From an uncultured archaeon (GTDB taxonomy: Archaea > Asgardarchaeota > Heimdallarchaeia > Heimdallarchaeales > Heimdallarchaeaceae): a stretch of DNA of 64,000 nucleotides. The stretch covers positions 21,814 to 85,813 of the forward strand of contig CAZPXJ010000002.1 of assembly GCA_964590855.1 (NCBI GenBank), in the 5' to 3' direction. This document shows, piece by piece, positions 17,499-25,860 of this stretch (positions are counted from its first letter, which is position 1; each line of letters begins with the position of its first letter). The notes beneath the pieces were generated by a model that worked only from the letters and a program-made list of their open reading frames with translations, was not told the DNA's origin and made no database searches. Made by a program: the position numbers and the translations under genes.

Positions 17499-18062
17499 TT
17501 ACTCAATTTTTTTAATTGACTCAATATCACTCTCAGATAACCATCTATTAAATTCGGTAGCCAAAGAGACTTCTTTTGTTTGCTTCGGGTTTCTTATCGT
17601 TCGTATTTTATTCTCTAATGTTAGTTTTTCCCTAAATAGTGGAATTATTTTGCTCATATCAACTGCATATAAATCGAATAGAAAAGCAATTGGCTTAAAA
17701 TATATCTCCAAAAATTTTTCAAATTCATCAAAGTACAGCATGAGCTCTTTATGAGTATCTCTTGAAACTACAAGATTGATAATAGTTACAGTTTTTCTCT
17801 TTAATCTGAAATCCTTTGCATCTAGATTTTTGAGATTTAATGCAAAAGCGAAGAGAAATAGATCATCATTTATCTTTGTAGAAGCTAATCCTTTGATATC
17901 TTGATTCTGCATCATCCCCATTAATGTAGGATAAGTTGTTAAAACAATCTCTAATTTCATATCCTCAATATCTGATGCGAAGATTTCAAAACCATTATCT
18001 GCAAAGTATACGATAGCATATCCTTCGATTTTCTGATTTTCCGTATCTAATAGCGTAGTCAA
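17499..18062 (-). CDS. Hypothetical cytoplasmic protein (possible longin/roadblock-like alpha/beta fold, speculative)
   Basis: No recognisable catalytic motif was found. The alternating beta-beta-alpha-beta-beta-beta-alpha pattern was predicted by eye (IEGYAIVYFADNGFEIFA...). Confidence 0.3.
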   Translation of the reverse strand: MTTLLDTENQKIEGYAIVYFADNGFEIFASDIEDMKLEIVLTTYPTLMGMMQNQDIKGLASTKINDDLFLFAFALNLKNLDAKDFRLKRKTVTIINLVVSRDTHKELMLYFDEFEKFLEIYFKPIAFLFDLYAVDMSKIIPLFREKLTLENKIRTIRNPKQTKEVSLATEFNRWLSESDIESIKKIE

Positions 18063-18159
18063 TCTCTTTCACAATTTCATCTTAAGTATAATATAAAAAC
18101 CCCAATTCTGGTTGTGCTTTTTAGTAAGCTAATTATAGAAGAGAGTTTTTTTATTAACA

Positions 18160-18879
18160 ATGGATAAAAAACATCTCAAACGAATGGAGAATTTCAAAAA
18201 TACTCCTGACCGTCTGAAATTTGAATTTCTAAAAGAACTATCTGAACAACCAGAGGACGAAGAAATTGCTGATTTTCTTCTAAATGTAGTTGAAAATGAA
18301 AAATATGATAGAATCAGAATCAATGCTGTTCTTCTTCTAAAAAAGTTTAAAAGTGAAAAAGTGGTTGAGAAACTCAAAACAATTTTCGCATTCGAACATG
18401 ATAAAAGTGTACGATTAGTACTTGTTGAAACTCTTGGCGATAGAGACTCTGAAGATATTGATGATTTCTTTCGCAAAGCAGTCATAAAAGATCTTAATGA
18501 TATTGTTCGGGCAACTGCTATAAGAAAACTCCATGAAAGAGAGAATATAGATCATTCAGATATGCAAGTTCTTTTGTTAGATGTGATTCAGAACGACTCT
18601 TCTGTTTTTCCAAAACAAATTGCGCTAAGTTCTATTCCATGTTATGCTGATTCTTCCACTTACAAAATACTGAGAAATGTTTTCATTAGAGAAGAAATGC
18701 ATCAAATGAAGAAACTTCTATTCAAGACATTGAAAGAAATAGCTGAGAAATTCGAGCTAAAATTAGATGTTGTTGAACCAGAAGATCCAATTTTTGAAGA
18801 TACAAAAGAAGCTAGAAGAAGGAGGAAAAAAGAACGAAAGAAGAAGAAAATGGGGAAAGAGGATTATCTATATTTCTAA
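18160..18879 (+). CDS. HEAT (PBS-lyase-like) repeat protein with a basic C-terminal tail
   Basis: It has repeats of the type D..IRINAVLLLKKF / DKSVRLVLVETLGD / IVRATAIRKLHE. The tail is RRRRKKERKKKKMGK. Confidence 0.6.
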   Translation: MDKKHLKRMENFKNTPDRLKFEFLKELSEQPEDEEIADFLLNVVENEKYDRIRINAVLLLKKFKSEKVVEKLKTIFAFEHDKSVRLVLVETLGDRDSEDIDDFFRKAVIKDLNDIVRATAIRKLHERENIDHSDMQVLLLDVIQNDSSVFPKQIALSSIPCYADSSTYKILRNVFIREEMHQMKKLLFKTLKEIAEKFELKLDVVEPEDPIFEDTKEARRRRKKERKKKKMGKEDYLYF

Positions 18880-18928
18880 CCTTTTGTAACCCTATAAAAC
18901 AATTAAAACTCTGAATAACTGAGTTGGA

Positions 18929-19579
18929 CTATTCAGCTGGTTTTTGAGCAACAGTCCAGACATATCCCCTTCTATCTTTGGGGCGAATCAATCTTACTTC
19001 CTTTGCAATAGAGAATATTTTCCATCCTTTCAAAGCAGTTTTCAATTCAGTCATTGTAATGAATTTTAGAGGAGGTTCTGTTTTGAAATGAGGTTTTACG
19101 TTCCCTCCATACAGAAGAAATCCTCCTGGTTTAACAGCTTTTAGTAGCTCTAACAATTTTGGCAAGGCTTTATCATACAAATATTGCAAACACTGAATAG
19201 CAGAAATTACATCATAACTCTCGGGTTTGAGTTCAAAAGTGCCCATATCTGCTAACAAGATATTCATTTTTTCAGTTACACCCAAAGCTTCAGCACGTTT
19301 TTTCGTGATTTCTATAGCCGATGGAAGGATGTCGATCGCATCAACTTCATATCCAAGTTGAGCTAAAAAGCAAGCATACCTGCCATCACCAGTACCAAGA
19401 TCTAATGCCTTTTTTGCTTCATGTTCTTTCCCCTGAGTGAACATAGAATATTCCTGTAAAGCATAATGGACATGATGAGGTGGTAGTTCTCCTAAATCAC
19501 CTTCCGATTGTTTCTTGTAAACATTATCCCAGCCTTCCATGTATTTATCGGGAACTGGAGTGGTGAATTTCTTAATCAT
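18929..19579 (-). CDS. Class I SAM-dependent methyltransferase
   Basis: Motif I is ALDLGTGDGRYACFLAQLGYEVDAIDI, with post-I and motif II spacing typical of Methyltransf_25/TehB-like enzymes. Confidence 0.8.
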   Translation of the reverse strand: MIKKFTTPVPDKYMEGWDNVYKKQSEGDLGELPPHHVHYALQEYSMFTQGKEHEAKKALDLGTGDGRYACFLAQLGYEVDAIDILPSAIEITKKRAEALGVTEKMNILLADMGTFELKPESYDVISAIQCLQYLYDKALPKLLELLKAVKPGGFLLYGGNVKPHFKTEPPLKFITMTELKTALKGWKIFSIAKEVRLIRPKDRRGYVWTVAQKPAE

Positions 19580-19738
19580 GAGAAGAACTTACTTTGAATA
19601 TTTATAATATTCGTGCATTAAACATAAACATTACTTCAGCAGTATTTACTTATCTTTTTAAGCAAGAAAATTTAATTATGTGAATAACTAGAGGGAGAAT
19701 GAGTTTAAATTTAGATCAAAAATAATTGGGGAGTTAAA

Positions 19739-21409
19739 ATGAACTTGAAGAAAATTCTAATTATTAGTAGTTTACTTTTATTGGTATTAAATCTGTCACC
19801 AGATGTATCCGCAAATAAGGAAAATCCTCAACCTGAATCAAGTCTTATAGTAAATCAAGTTGATTTTTGGTTCAATGTAACAACTATGTATACGGAAATT
19901 TCTATTAGGAGTGATGGATCCATAGACATCTATTATTATATTCAGTTATTTAATCATAATTCACTCAGTGAGCCTATTTGGGTTTTTGATATTGGTTTTC
20001 CAAATGTGTACTATGATTTGAAATCTGTTAGAGCTAAAATCAATGGAACAGAAATTACTAACATTAACAAAAGTCCATATGTGGATATTGGGGTGGAGAT
20101 TCTATTAGGTGCCTATGCTGTACCGGAAGGATACACTGGAATTCTGGAAGTATGGTGTCATAACCCTATAATGGTATTTGATGATTCAGAAGCAGGACAA
20201 GCTTCTACAGTATTTTTGCAAACTTGGTTTGATTATGGTTTTGTATATAGTCAAACCTTTAAGACGGTTCGATTTTACTTCCCTGATGGTTTAGACGATA
20301 TTAATTCAGTAGAACCTCGCGTTGCAGACTCAAGTGATTTTTCTGTATTCGTTCATCCTACAAATTCGTCCTTATCATATGTTGAATTTTCAGAAATAGG
20401 TTATCCTTCTTCAGGATATTGGGTAGGTGTTGCTTTTCCTGAGGATTATGCTCGTATCTATAGTTCATTTTGGAGATTGAAAGTATTTGGAACTATGAAA
20501 CAAAATCCAGTGATGACGATTATTATTTCATTATTTATCGGCGGAATTATTCTTTACATCATCATGAAACGAAGGAATAGAAGGAAATATCTCCCCCCAT
20601 CAATCAGTTCTTTAGGCGGTGGGGTAAGAGAAAAGTTGGAACCTTCCGAAGTAGCAATATTGCTTGAAAGACCATTGACACAAGTTGCTTCATTGATGTT
20701 ATTCGAGATGATGGAAAAAGGTTACATTTCAGTAAGACAAACTGAACCTGCTTTGAGGATGCAAGTTGATATTGATTCTGATAAAACTACCTCCTTACAG
20801 AAATTCGAGAAGTCAATTATTCGAGGAATTGAAAAACGTAATAAAGAAGATATCAAATGGCAAAAAGGTGCTTCTCATGGTGCTATTCCCCCAGAACCAG
20901 TTCATCAAGATGAGATAAAAATGGCTATTGTTCATCATATTAAATCTGTTACTAAGAAAATGAAAGGATTTTCTGCTAGAAAAACTCGTGATTTCTATGA
21001 AGCAATAATTGAAAGAGCATGGCAAGAGATGGCTAAATCGGAACCAGAATTAAGAAATGCATTCTTGTGGATAATGGTTGATGAAAAATATGAACAGCAA
21101 TTGGAAAAACATGGATCAGATTATTATTACCCCAGATGGTACGTAAGCAGTTATTATATCTATCTGGGTAGAACTCACTCCTCAAGTAGTTACTATTCCC
21201 GTATTCCTAGCGGTTCAGTATCGCATACTAGACCTGTAAATATGTTCAATTCTCGTTTGATTAATAAACCTCAATCTCTCCACAATTCAATAAGAAATAT
21301 CACCAGACCCCCATCAACATCTAGTGGAGGATCCCGTGGTGGAGGTGGTGGTGGTGGATGTGCTTGTGCATGTGCTTGTGCATGTGCTTGTGCAGGAGGC
21401 GGAAGATGA
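19739..21409 (+). CDS. DUF2207-like type I membrane protein ending in a Gly7-(Cys-Ala)6-Gly3-Arg tail
   Basis: It has a signal peptide (KILIISSLLLLVLNLSPDVSA), a ~230-aa ecto-domain, one TM (VMTIIISLFIGGIILYIIM KRRNRRK), and a cytoplasmic region with EPSEVAILLERPLTQVASLMLFEMMEKGYISV (DUF2207-type). A Tyr/Ser-rich stretch follows, and the protein ends SRGGGGGGG-CACACACACACA-GGGR. Confidence 0.6.
   Translation: MNLKKILIISSLLLLVLNLSPDVSANKENPQPESSLIVNQVDFWFNVTTMYTEISIRSDGSIDIYYYIQLFNHNSLSEPIWVFDIGFPNVYYDLKSVRAKINGTEITNINKSPYVDIGVEILLGAYAVPEGYTGILEVWCHNPIMVFDDSEAGQASTVFLQTWFDYGFVYSQTFKTVRFYFPDGLDDINSVEPRVADSSDFSVFVHPTNSSLSYVEFSEIGYPSSGYWVGVAFPEDYARIYSSFWRLKVFGTMKQNPVMTIIISLFIGGIILYIIMKRRNRRKYLPPSISSLGGGVREKLEPSEVAILLERPLTQVASLMLFEMMEKGYISVRQTEPALRMQVDIDSDKTTSLQKFEKSIIRGIEKRNKEDIKWQKGASHGAIPPEPVHQDEIKMAIVHHIKSVTKKMKGFSARKTRDFYEAIIERAWQEMAKSEPELRNAFLWIMVDEKYEQQLEKHGSDYYYPRWYVSSYYIYLGRTHSSSSYYSRIPSGSVSHTRPVNMFNSRLINKPQSLHNSIRNITRPPSTSSGGSRGGGGGGGCACACACACACAGGGR
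21359..21394 (+). repeat. Perfect 12-nt tandem repeat (tgtgcttgtgca) x3 encoding (Cys-Ala)6
   Basis: Read directly from the sequence. The same 36 nt is also open in the frame of the downstream gene, where it reads MCLC x3. Confidence 0.95.
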
Positions 21410-22749
21410 TGGATATGAATGATATATTAAGCAAATTAGGGATAAATCGAAATTCTAAGATGTTTCATCAAAGAAACTTGGATACAACTACAAGAATGCA
21501 TCTAAGAAAAGAGAAGAAAGGAAAGAGTCTTCTTTTAGTTAATGCTACAATGATTTTTCATCTAAATAAGACTGCAACAGATTTTGCTTCTAGAATAATT
21601 GATGGAAAAGATGATGCGGAAATAATACGGGAGATGAAAAGAAAATATCGCGTTTCAGAAAAGCAATTAGAATCAGATTTGAAAGAACTCAAAAGCTCTA
21701 TCTCTAGATTAATGGAGGAACCTGATATTGACCCAGTTCAGCATTTATCTCAAGATGTCAGCCCTCTTCTAGAAGCTCATTTTTCTGCTCCTTTAAGAAT
21801 GGATTTAGCTCTTACGTACAGATGTAATAACAAATGTTCAAAGTGTTATGTAGAAAATTATAGAGATGTTAAAGAATTATCAACAATTGAGTGGAAACAA
21901 GTGTTAGACAATCTTTGGGCTCAAGGTATCCCCCATGTTACTTTCACGGGTGGAGAACCAACAATGCGACCTGATCTTCATGAATTAGTTGAATATGCTG
22001 AGGATCTCGGGATTATAACAGGTCTCATTTCCAATGGTAGGAAATTGAAAAATAAAAAATTAGTTACCAACCTCATTGAAGCAGGAATTGATCATTTTCA
22101 AATAACCTTAGAAAGTCATGATGCTTCTATTCATGACTCTTTGTGTGGAGTGCGAGGTGCATGGAAAGAAACTGTGGAGGCTATAAAGAATATTGTTCCG
22201 ACCCCGGTCTATATTATGACTAATACAACTCTGACTCCTTACAATGTTAAAGAGATAGAGAAAACAGTTGAGTTTCTACATTCTATTGGGATTGAGAAGT
22301 TTGCAGCAAATAGCATAATCAGATCTGGAGGTGGAAAACAAGAAGATATGGCACTAACCATTGAAGAACTAGATGAAGCATTAACAAAGATTATGAAGAA
22401 AGCAGATGAATTAGGTATGGGTTTCATTTGGTATAGTCCAACAAGATATTGTGACTTCAATCCAATTGAGAAAGGATTGGGAATGAAACAATGCTCAGCT
22501 GCACACATCGCTATGGCAATAGAACCTGATGGTGAGGTTATACCCTGTCAAAGTTACTTTGAACCTTTGGGGAATATACTTACAACTAGATGGAGAAAAA
22601 TTTGGAACCATAAAACTGCAAAGAATTTAAGAAACATGAAATATCTTCAAGAAGAATGTTTAGACTGTCCAGAAAGAGAATTGTGTGGTGGTGGGTGTCC
22701 TCTAAACTATGCAGCTCCTATGAATGTTTGTAAAACCCCATACTCCTAA
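21406..22749 (+). CDS. Radical SAM enzyme with a C-terminal SPASM domain and an N-terminal PqqD-like (RRE) domain: putative peptide/protein maturase
   Basis: The CX3CX2C motif is LTYRCNNKCSKCY, with the GGEP motif FTGGEPTM. The SPASM cysteines are CSAAH...IPCQ...CLDCPERELCGGGCP. The N-terminal ~100 aa (LLLVNATMIFHLNKTATDFASRIIDGKDDAEIIREMKRKYRVSEKQLESDLKELKSSISRL) fits the PqqD/RRE pattern. The ATG at 21406 overlaps the upstream TGA (ATGA) and is preceded by AGGAGG at 21393-21398. The track start at 21358 lies inside the repeat and was rejected. Confidence 0.85.
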   Translation: MMDMNDILSKLGINRNSKMFHQRNLDTTTRMHLRKEKKGKSLLLVNATMIFHLNKTATDFASRIIDGKDDAEIIREMKRKYRVSEKQLESDLKELKSSISRLMEEPDIDPVQHLSQDVSPLLEAHFSAPLRMDLALTYRCNNKCSKCYVENYRDVKELSTIEWKQVLDNLWAQGIPHVTFTGGEPTMRPDLHELVEYAEDLGIITGLISNGRKLKNKKLVTNLIEAGIDHFQITLESHDASIHDSLCGVRGAWKETVEAIKNIVPTPVYIMTNTTLTPYNVKEIEKTVEFLHSIGIEKFAANSIIRSGGGKQEDMALTIEELDEALTKIMKKADELGMGFIWYSPTRYCDFNPIEKGLGMKQCSAAHIAMAIEPDGEVIPCQSYFEPLGNILTTRWRKIWNHKTAKNLRNMKYLQEECLDCPERELCGGGCPLNYAAPMNVCKTPYS

Positions 22750-22757
22750 TTTTTCTG

Positions 22758-23522
22758 GTGCTTGAAATGTCAGAAAAATCAAGAGATGTTAATTGGGGCC
22801 CTCATATTCATGAACAATTCAAACGACAAGCAAAATGGACAGAAGATTTTAGAAAGCAGATCTATCAGCAAGTGAATTTAGAAAAAGCTAAAAGAGTTCT
22901 AGATGTTGGTTGTGGGACGGGAGTAATAGCTGAAGAACTCAAAAAGAATTCTTCTGCAAAAGTAACTGCCATAGATATGGATAAAGCTATGATAAAAATC
23001 GCGGAGGAGAAAGTAAGAGGAGTACAATTTTTAGTTGAAAACGCTGAGATGATGTCAATGAAAGATGATTACTTTGATGTCGTTTTCTGCCAATATCTAT
23101 TCTTGTGGTTATCAAACCCTAAGAGAGCTTTGGATGAAATGGTTAGAGTGTGTCGAAAAGGAGGACATGTTGTTGCTCTAGCTGAACCAGATTATGGGGG
23201 GTGGATAGAATATCCCGAGTTGAATCTAGGTAAAAACCACATTAAATACCTTGAAAGTGAAGGTGCTGATCCATACATGGGGCGAAAAATCCTAAGTCTA
23301 TTTGAGAAAGCAGGATTACACACATATCTGGTGACAATTGCTCAAAGCTGGAATCAAGAAAATCTTAGAAACAATATTGAAGAAGAATGGCGAAGGGTAT
23401 TAGAATCTGATTTAATAAATGAAGTAGAATATACTGAAATTATTGAAAAAGAGTTAGAACTCATCAACAAAAATCAACGAATGATTTTTATGCCTGTTTT
23501 TTGTGTAATTGGACGAAAATAA
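22758..23522 (+). CDS. Class I SAM-dependent methyltransferase (UbiE/Methyltransf_11-like)
   Basis: It has VLDVGCGTGVIAEELKK...VTAIDMD and FDVVFCQYLFLWL. The start is GTG at 22758 or ATG at 22767. It lies 8-17 nt after the radical SAM gene. Confidence 0.8.
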   Translation: MLEMSEKSRDVNWGPHIHEQFKRQAKWTEDFRKQIYQQVNLEKAKRVLDVGCGTGVIAEELKKNSSAKVTAIDMDKAMIKIAEEKVRGVQFLVENAEMMSMKDDYFDVVFCQYLFLWLSNPKRALDEMVRVCRKGGHVVALAEPDYGGWIEYPELNLGKNHIKYLESEGADPYMGRKILSLFEKAGLHTYLVTIAQSWNQENLRNNIEEEWRRVLESDLINEVEYTEIIEKELELINKNQRMIFMPVFCVIGRK

Positions 23523-23542
23523 CTTCTGATATAAGGGAAAAG

Positions 23543-23668
23543 TGGTCGGGCCTCCGTGATTTGAACACGGGACCTGGCGGTAAATGCGACTGACGACTTG
23601 TTCACTGTTTCCTCACAAGCGCGATTTCTCTACAGCCGCCCGCTCTATGCCAACTGAGCTAAGGCCCG
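23543..23668 (-). tRNA. tRNA-Tyr (anticodon GUA) with a ~48-nt intron at the canonical 37/38 position and encoded CCA
   Basis: Manual fold of the reverse complement: acceptor CGGGCCT/AGGCCCG, D arm GCTC-AGTTGGCATA-GAGC, anticodon stem GGCGG/CCGCC, loop CU-GUA-G|intron|A, variable AGGTC, T arm CCGTG-TTCAAAT-CACGG, discriminator A, then CCA. It is the only clearly GC-rich non-coding patch in the window. Confidence 0.9.
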
Positions 23669-23855
23669 TACTTTTGAAACTTCAACCTAAATTGATGCTT
23701 CTACACTGTTTGCAATTTACTTTCTTCTTAAATTTTTCTTTTCTATTCTATATTTCCATCTTTTCTGATTTTTTCGATTTTATGAAAGCCGTTTATGAAG
23801 TACCACATTTAAGTAAACTTAAAAACATGTACAAGTATATTTTTACTCGATAATT

Positions 23856-24359
23856 ATGAGTGAATCTAACATGCATTTATATAAACTGCAAGAGCATCAA
23901 TATGATGTTGAAGCTGATCTCTATAAAAAATTAGGTGAACTTCAAGATTTTAGAAAGAAGATCGCAGAAGAAAAAAAGGGAAAAGCTAAAGATAAGAGAG
24001 AAAAAGAAGAGCATCTAATTAAGAAAGCAGAATTTGAAGAAAGAGGTTTACCCGATAAAGCTCTTAAGAGTGAAGTTAAATCTATGAATAAAGATACTCA
24101 GATAGCTAAAAAAGATGCTAAAATCAAAGAAATGGAGCGCCGAATTAGGAATATTGAGGAAGAGATTGAGAAACTTGAAGCTGAGCTAAGTGAAGCAGAA
24201 GCTGATGTTAAGGCTCATAAAACTGACGCACCTGTAGATGAAACTTCTGAATGTCAAGATTCTTCTGATGATTCCCTTGAACCATCTGTACTTGAAGATT
24301 CTGAAGATGAAGACGAGGATCAATCAGATCCAGTTGATGATTTAAGTTATCAAGAATAG
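23856..24359 (+). CDS. Hypothetical coiled-coil protein with an acidic C-terminal tail
   Basis: The central region is K/E-rich with heptad-like spacing (IRNIEEEIEKLEAELSEAEADV). The tail is D/E/S-rich. No enzymatic motif was found. Confidence 0.4.
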   Translation: MSESNMHLYKLQEHQYDVEADLYKKLGELQDFRKKIAEEKKGKAKDKREKEEHLIKKAEFEERGLPDKALKSEVKSMNKDTQIAKKDAKIKEMERRIRNIEEEIEKLEAELSEAEADVKAHKTDAPVDETSECQDSSDDSLEPSVLEDSEDEDEDQSDPVDDLSYQE

Positions 24360-24455
24360 AGTTATTTTTCTTCTTTTCATTTTATTTCTATTAATTTTTG
24401 TCTTTCCAAGAAATTTATTTATAGCTAGGGTTTCTCTTTTACTAGGTGACATTCA

Positions 24456-24839
24456 ATGGAATTATATGGAACAGCAGATTGGAAAACAGAAAAACATGTA
24501 CCAGTAATTGAAGCTCCAGATGTAGTTGGATTGGGCGAGAAGACTCCTATCACAGTAAGTGTTGGAAAAGAAATTGCTCATCCAAATAAGACTGAGCACC
24601 ACATTTCTTGGATTAAACTAATGTTTTGGCCAGCAGATGAAAAATATCCTTATCAAGTAGGATTAGTAAACTTCGATGCACATGGTGCATCAATTAAAGG
24701 ACCAGATACAAGTGGAATTTATTCTGAACCTTATGCAGTTTTTCATCTAAAAACTGATAAACCAGGTAAATTGATAGCTACTTCATACTGTAATATTCAT
24801 GGTTTCTGGAAATTTGAAAAAGAAATCAAAGTAGAGTAA
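24456..24839 (+). CDS. sor: Superoxide reductase (1Fe-SOR, neelaredoxin type)
   Basis: It has EKHVPVIE, HPNKTEHHI and SYCNIHGFW, which provide the His4-Cys iron ligands. It is collinear with Pyrococcus-type SOR and 127 aa long. Confidence 0.92.
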   Translation: MELYGTADWKTEKHVPVIEAPDVVGLGEKTPITVSVGKEIAHPNKTEHHISWIKLMFWPADEKYPYQVGLVNFDAHGASIKGPDTSGIYSEPYAVFHLKTDKPGKLIATSYCNIHGFWKFEKEIKVE

Positions 24840-24848
24840 TCTCTTACT

Positions 24849-25778
24849 CTATCTATTTTTTTCCATTTTATTCGTAATTAATTCTGTTATTGTGTCTCCT
24901 ATATCTTCTGGTTGTTCAAACTCCTTCTTAACTGAAGTATAATCCTTTCCACCAACCTTTCTTTTTCTGTATTTCAAAGGATTGAAGTAGTAAAGAGCAA
25001 AGACTATCACACCTACAACAGCTGCTGAAACACCGACTATTATAATAACGAAATTGCCTGCAATTGTACTACGAAGTACAATCGTTATATCAAAACTACC
25101 TAAACTGGTGACATCTGTAACTAACCATAATTCTTGGTCCTCCACTTCAGTTAGTATTTTTTGGTTTCGGACTATGTTTGTACTTTTTAGTAAATCATTC
25201 CAGTCTGGATTAGAATCAGGGTGGTAGAATGAGAACCAAAGCCTTGCACTAATGTCTTCCATCGCAGAGCTAAAGTACAAATTGTAATACCTTCTTTTTA
25301 GAGATTCAATTGATTGTATATTATCCTCAACTCCTGATACAAAGTTCCAACAGAAAATCTTGTCTTTGTGGGAAAAACCACCTGTTTCATCATTTACCAC
25401 TAAAGTAAAACTCTCAATACTAATGGATATTTCCAAGATTTGAGCGTTAGGATTGTCGATTGTAAGTTTGAACGATCCTATTCCAATGAATGTGAAAATG
25501 AAATTCTCCTTTGTGTAATTTGTTCGTGTTGCTTCAAGTCCATCATATTGATTTTTGACGTCTATAGAAAATATCAGCTTAGAGATTGAGTTATCGACTT
25601 CTATGATGAACAAACTCCATGTTTCTTCTGAGAACTCAATAATTAAATTCGAATTTGCTTCAATTTCATAACTTTCTTTCGCATTTGCCTCCTGTGACAT
25701 GTAGGGAGTAAATAAACAAATGAAGATACAAAAAGCAATAATTTTATTTCCTCTTAACATTATGCTCAAAGAGTACAC
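24849..25778 (-). CDS. Secreted, C-terminally membrane-anchored protein of unknown function
   Basis: It has a signal peptide (IIAFCIFICLFTPYMSQEANA), a beta-rich ecto-domain and a C-terminal TM (FVIIIVGVSAAVVGVIVFALYYF) followed by KYRKRK. Confidence 0.5.
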   Translation of the reverse strand: MYSLSIMLRGNKIIAFCIFICLFTPYMSQEANAKESYEIEANSNLIIEFSEETWSLFIIEVDNSISKLIFSIDVKNQYDGLEATRTNYTKENFIFTFIGIGSFKLTIDNPNAQILEISISIESFTLVVNDETGGFSHKDKIFCWNFVSGVEDNIQSIESLKRRYYNLYFSSAMEDISARLWFSFYHPDSNPDWNDLLKSTNIVRNQKILTEVEDQELWLVTDVTSLGSFDITIVLRSTIAGNFVIIIVGVSAAVVGVIVFALYYFNPLKYRKRKVGGKDYTSVKKEFEQPEDIGDTITELITNKMEKNR

Positions 25779-25860
25779 ACAATATATGCTTATTTAAAAC
25801 TTAATATTCAAAATTCAGATAAGTCAACAAATTTAAATTCGTCTAAGACAATACTGATTC

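Noticed and set aside
18129-18485. A 118-aa minus-strand ORF overlapping the HEAT-repeat gene 18160..18879.
   Set aside because: Its Ser/Arg/Phe-rich low-complexity translation is the mirror of the K/E-rich plus-strand gene, which has clear HEAT repeats.
21358-21405. The track start of the radical SAM ORF, which gives the N-terminus MCLCMCLCMCLCRRRK.
   Set aside because: This is the alternative frame of the (Cys-Ala)6 repeat. The ATG at 21406 has a well-spaced AGGAGG and an ATGA stop-start overlap. I kept it only as a curiosity in a separate finding.
23584-23853. An 89-aa ORF on the plus strand.
   Set aside because: Its first third is the antisense of the intron-containing tRNA-Tyr gene, and the rest is AT-rich promoter DNA. 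It has no RBS and no protein-like composition.
23400-23900. Possible integrated mobile element using the tRNA-Tyr gene as an attachment site.
   Set aside because: There is no integrase or recombinase, no phage or plasmid-like genes on either side, and I could not find a duplicated copy of the tRNA 3' half in the window.
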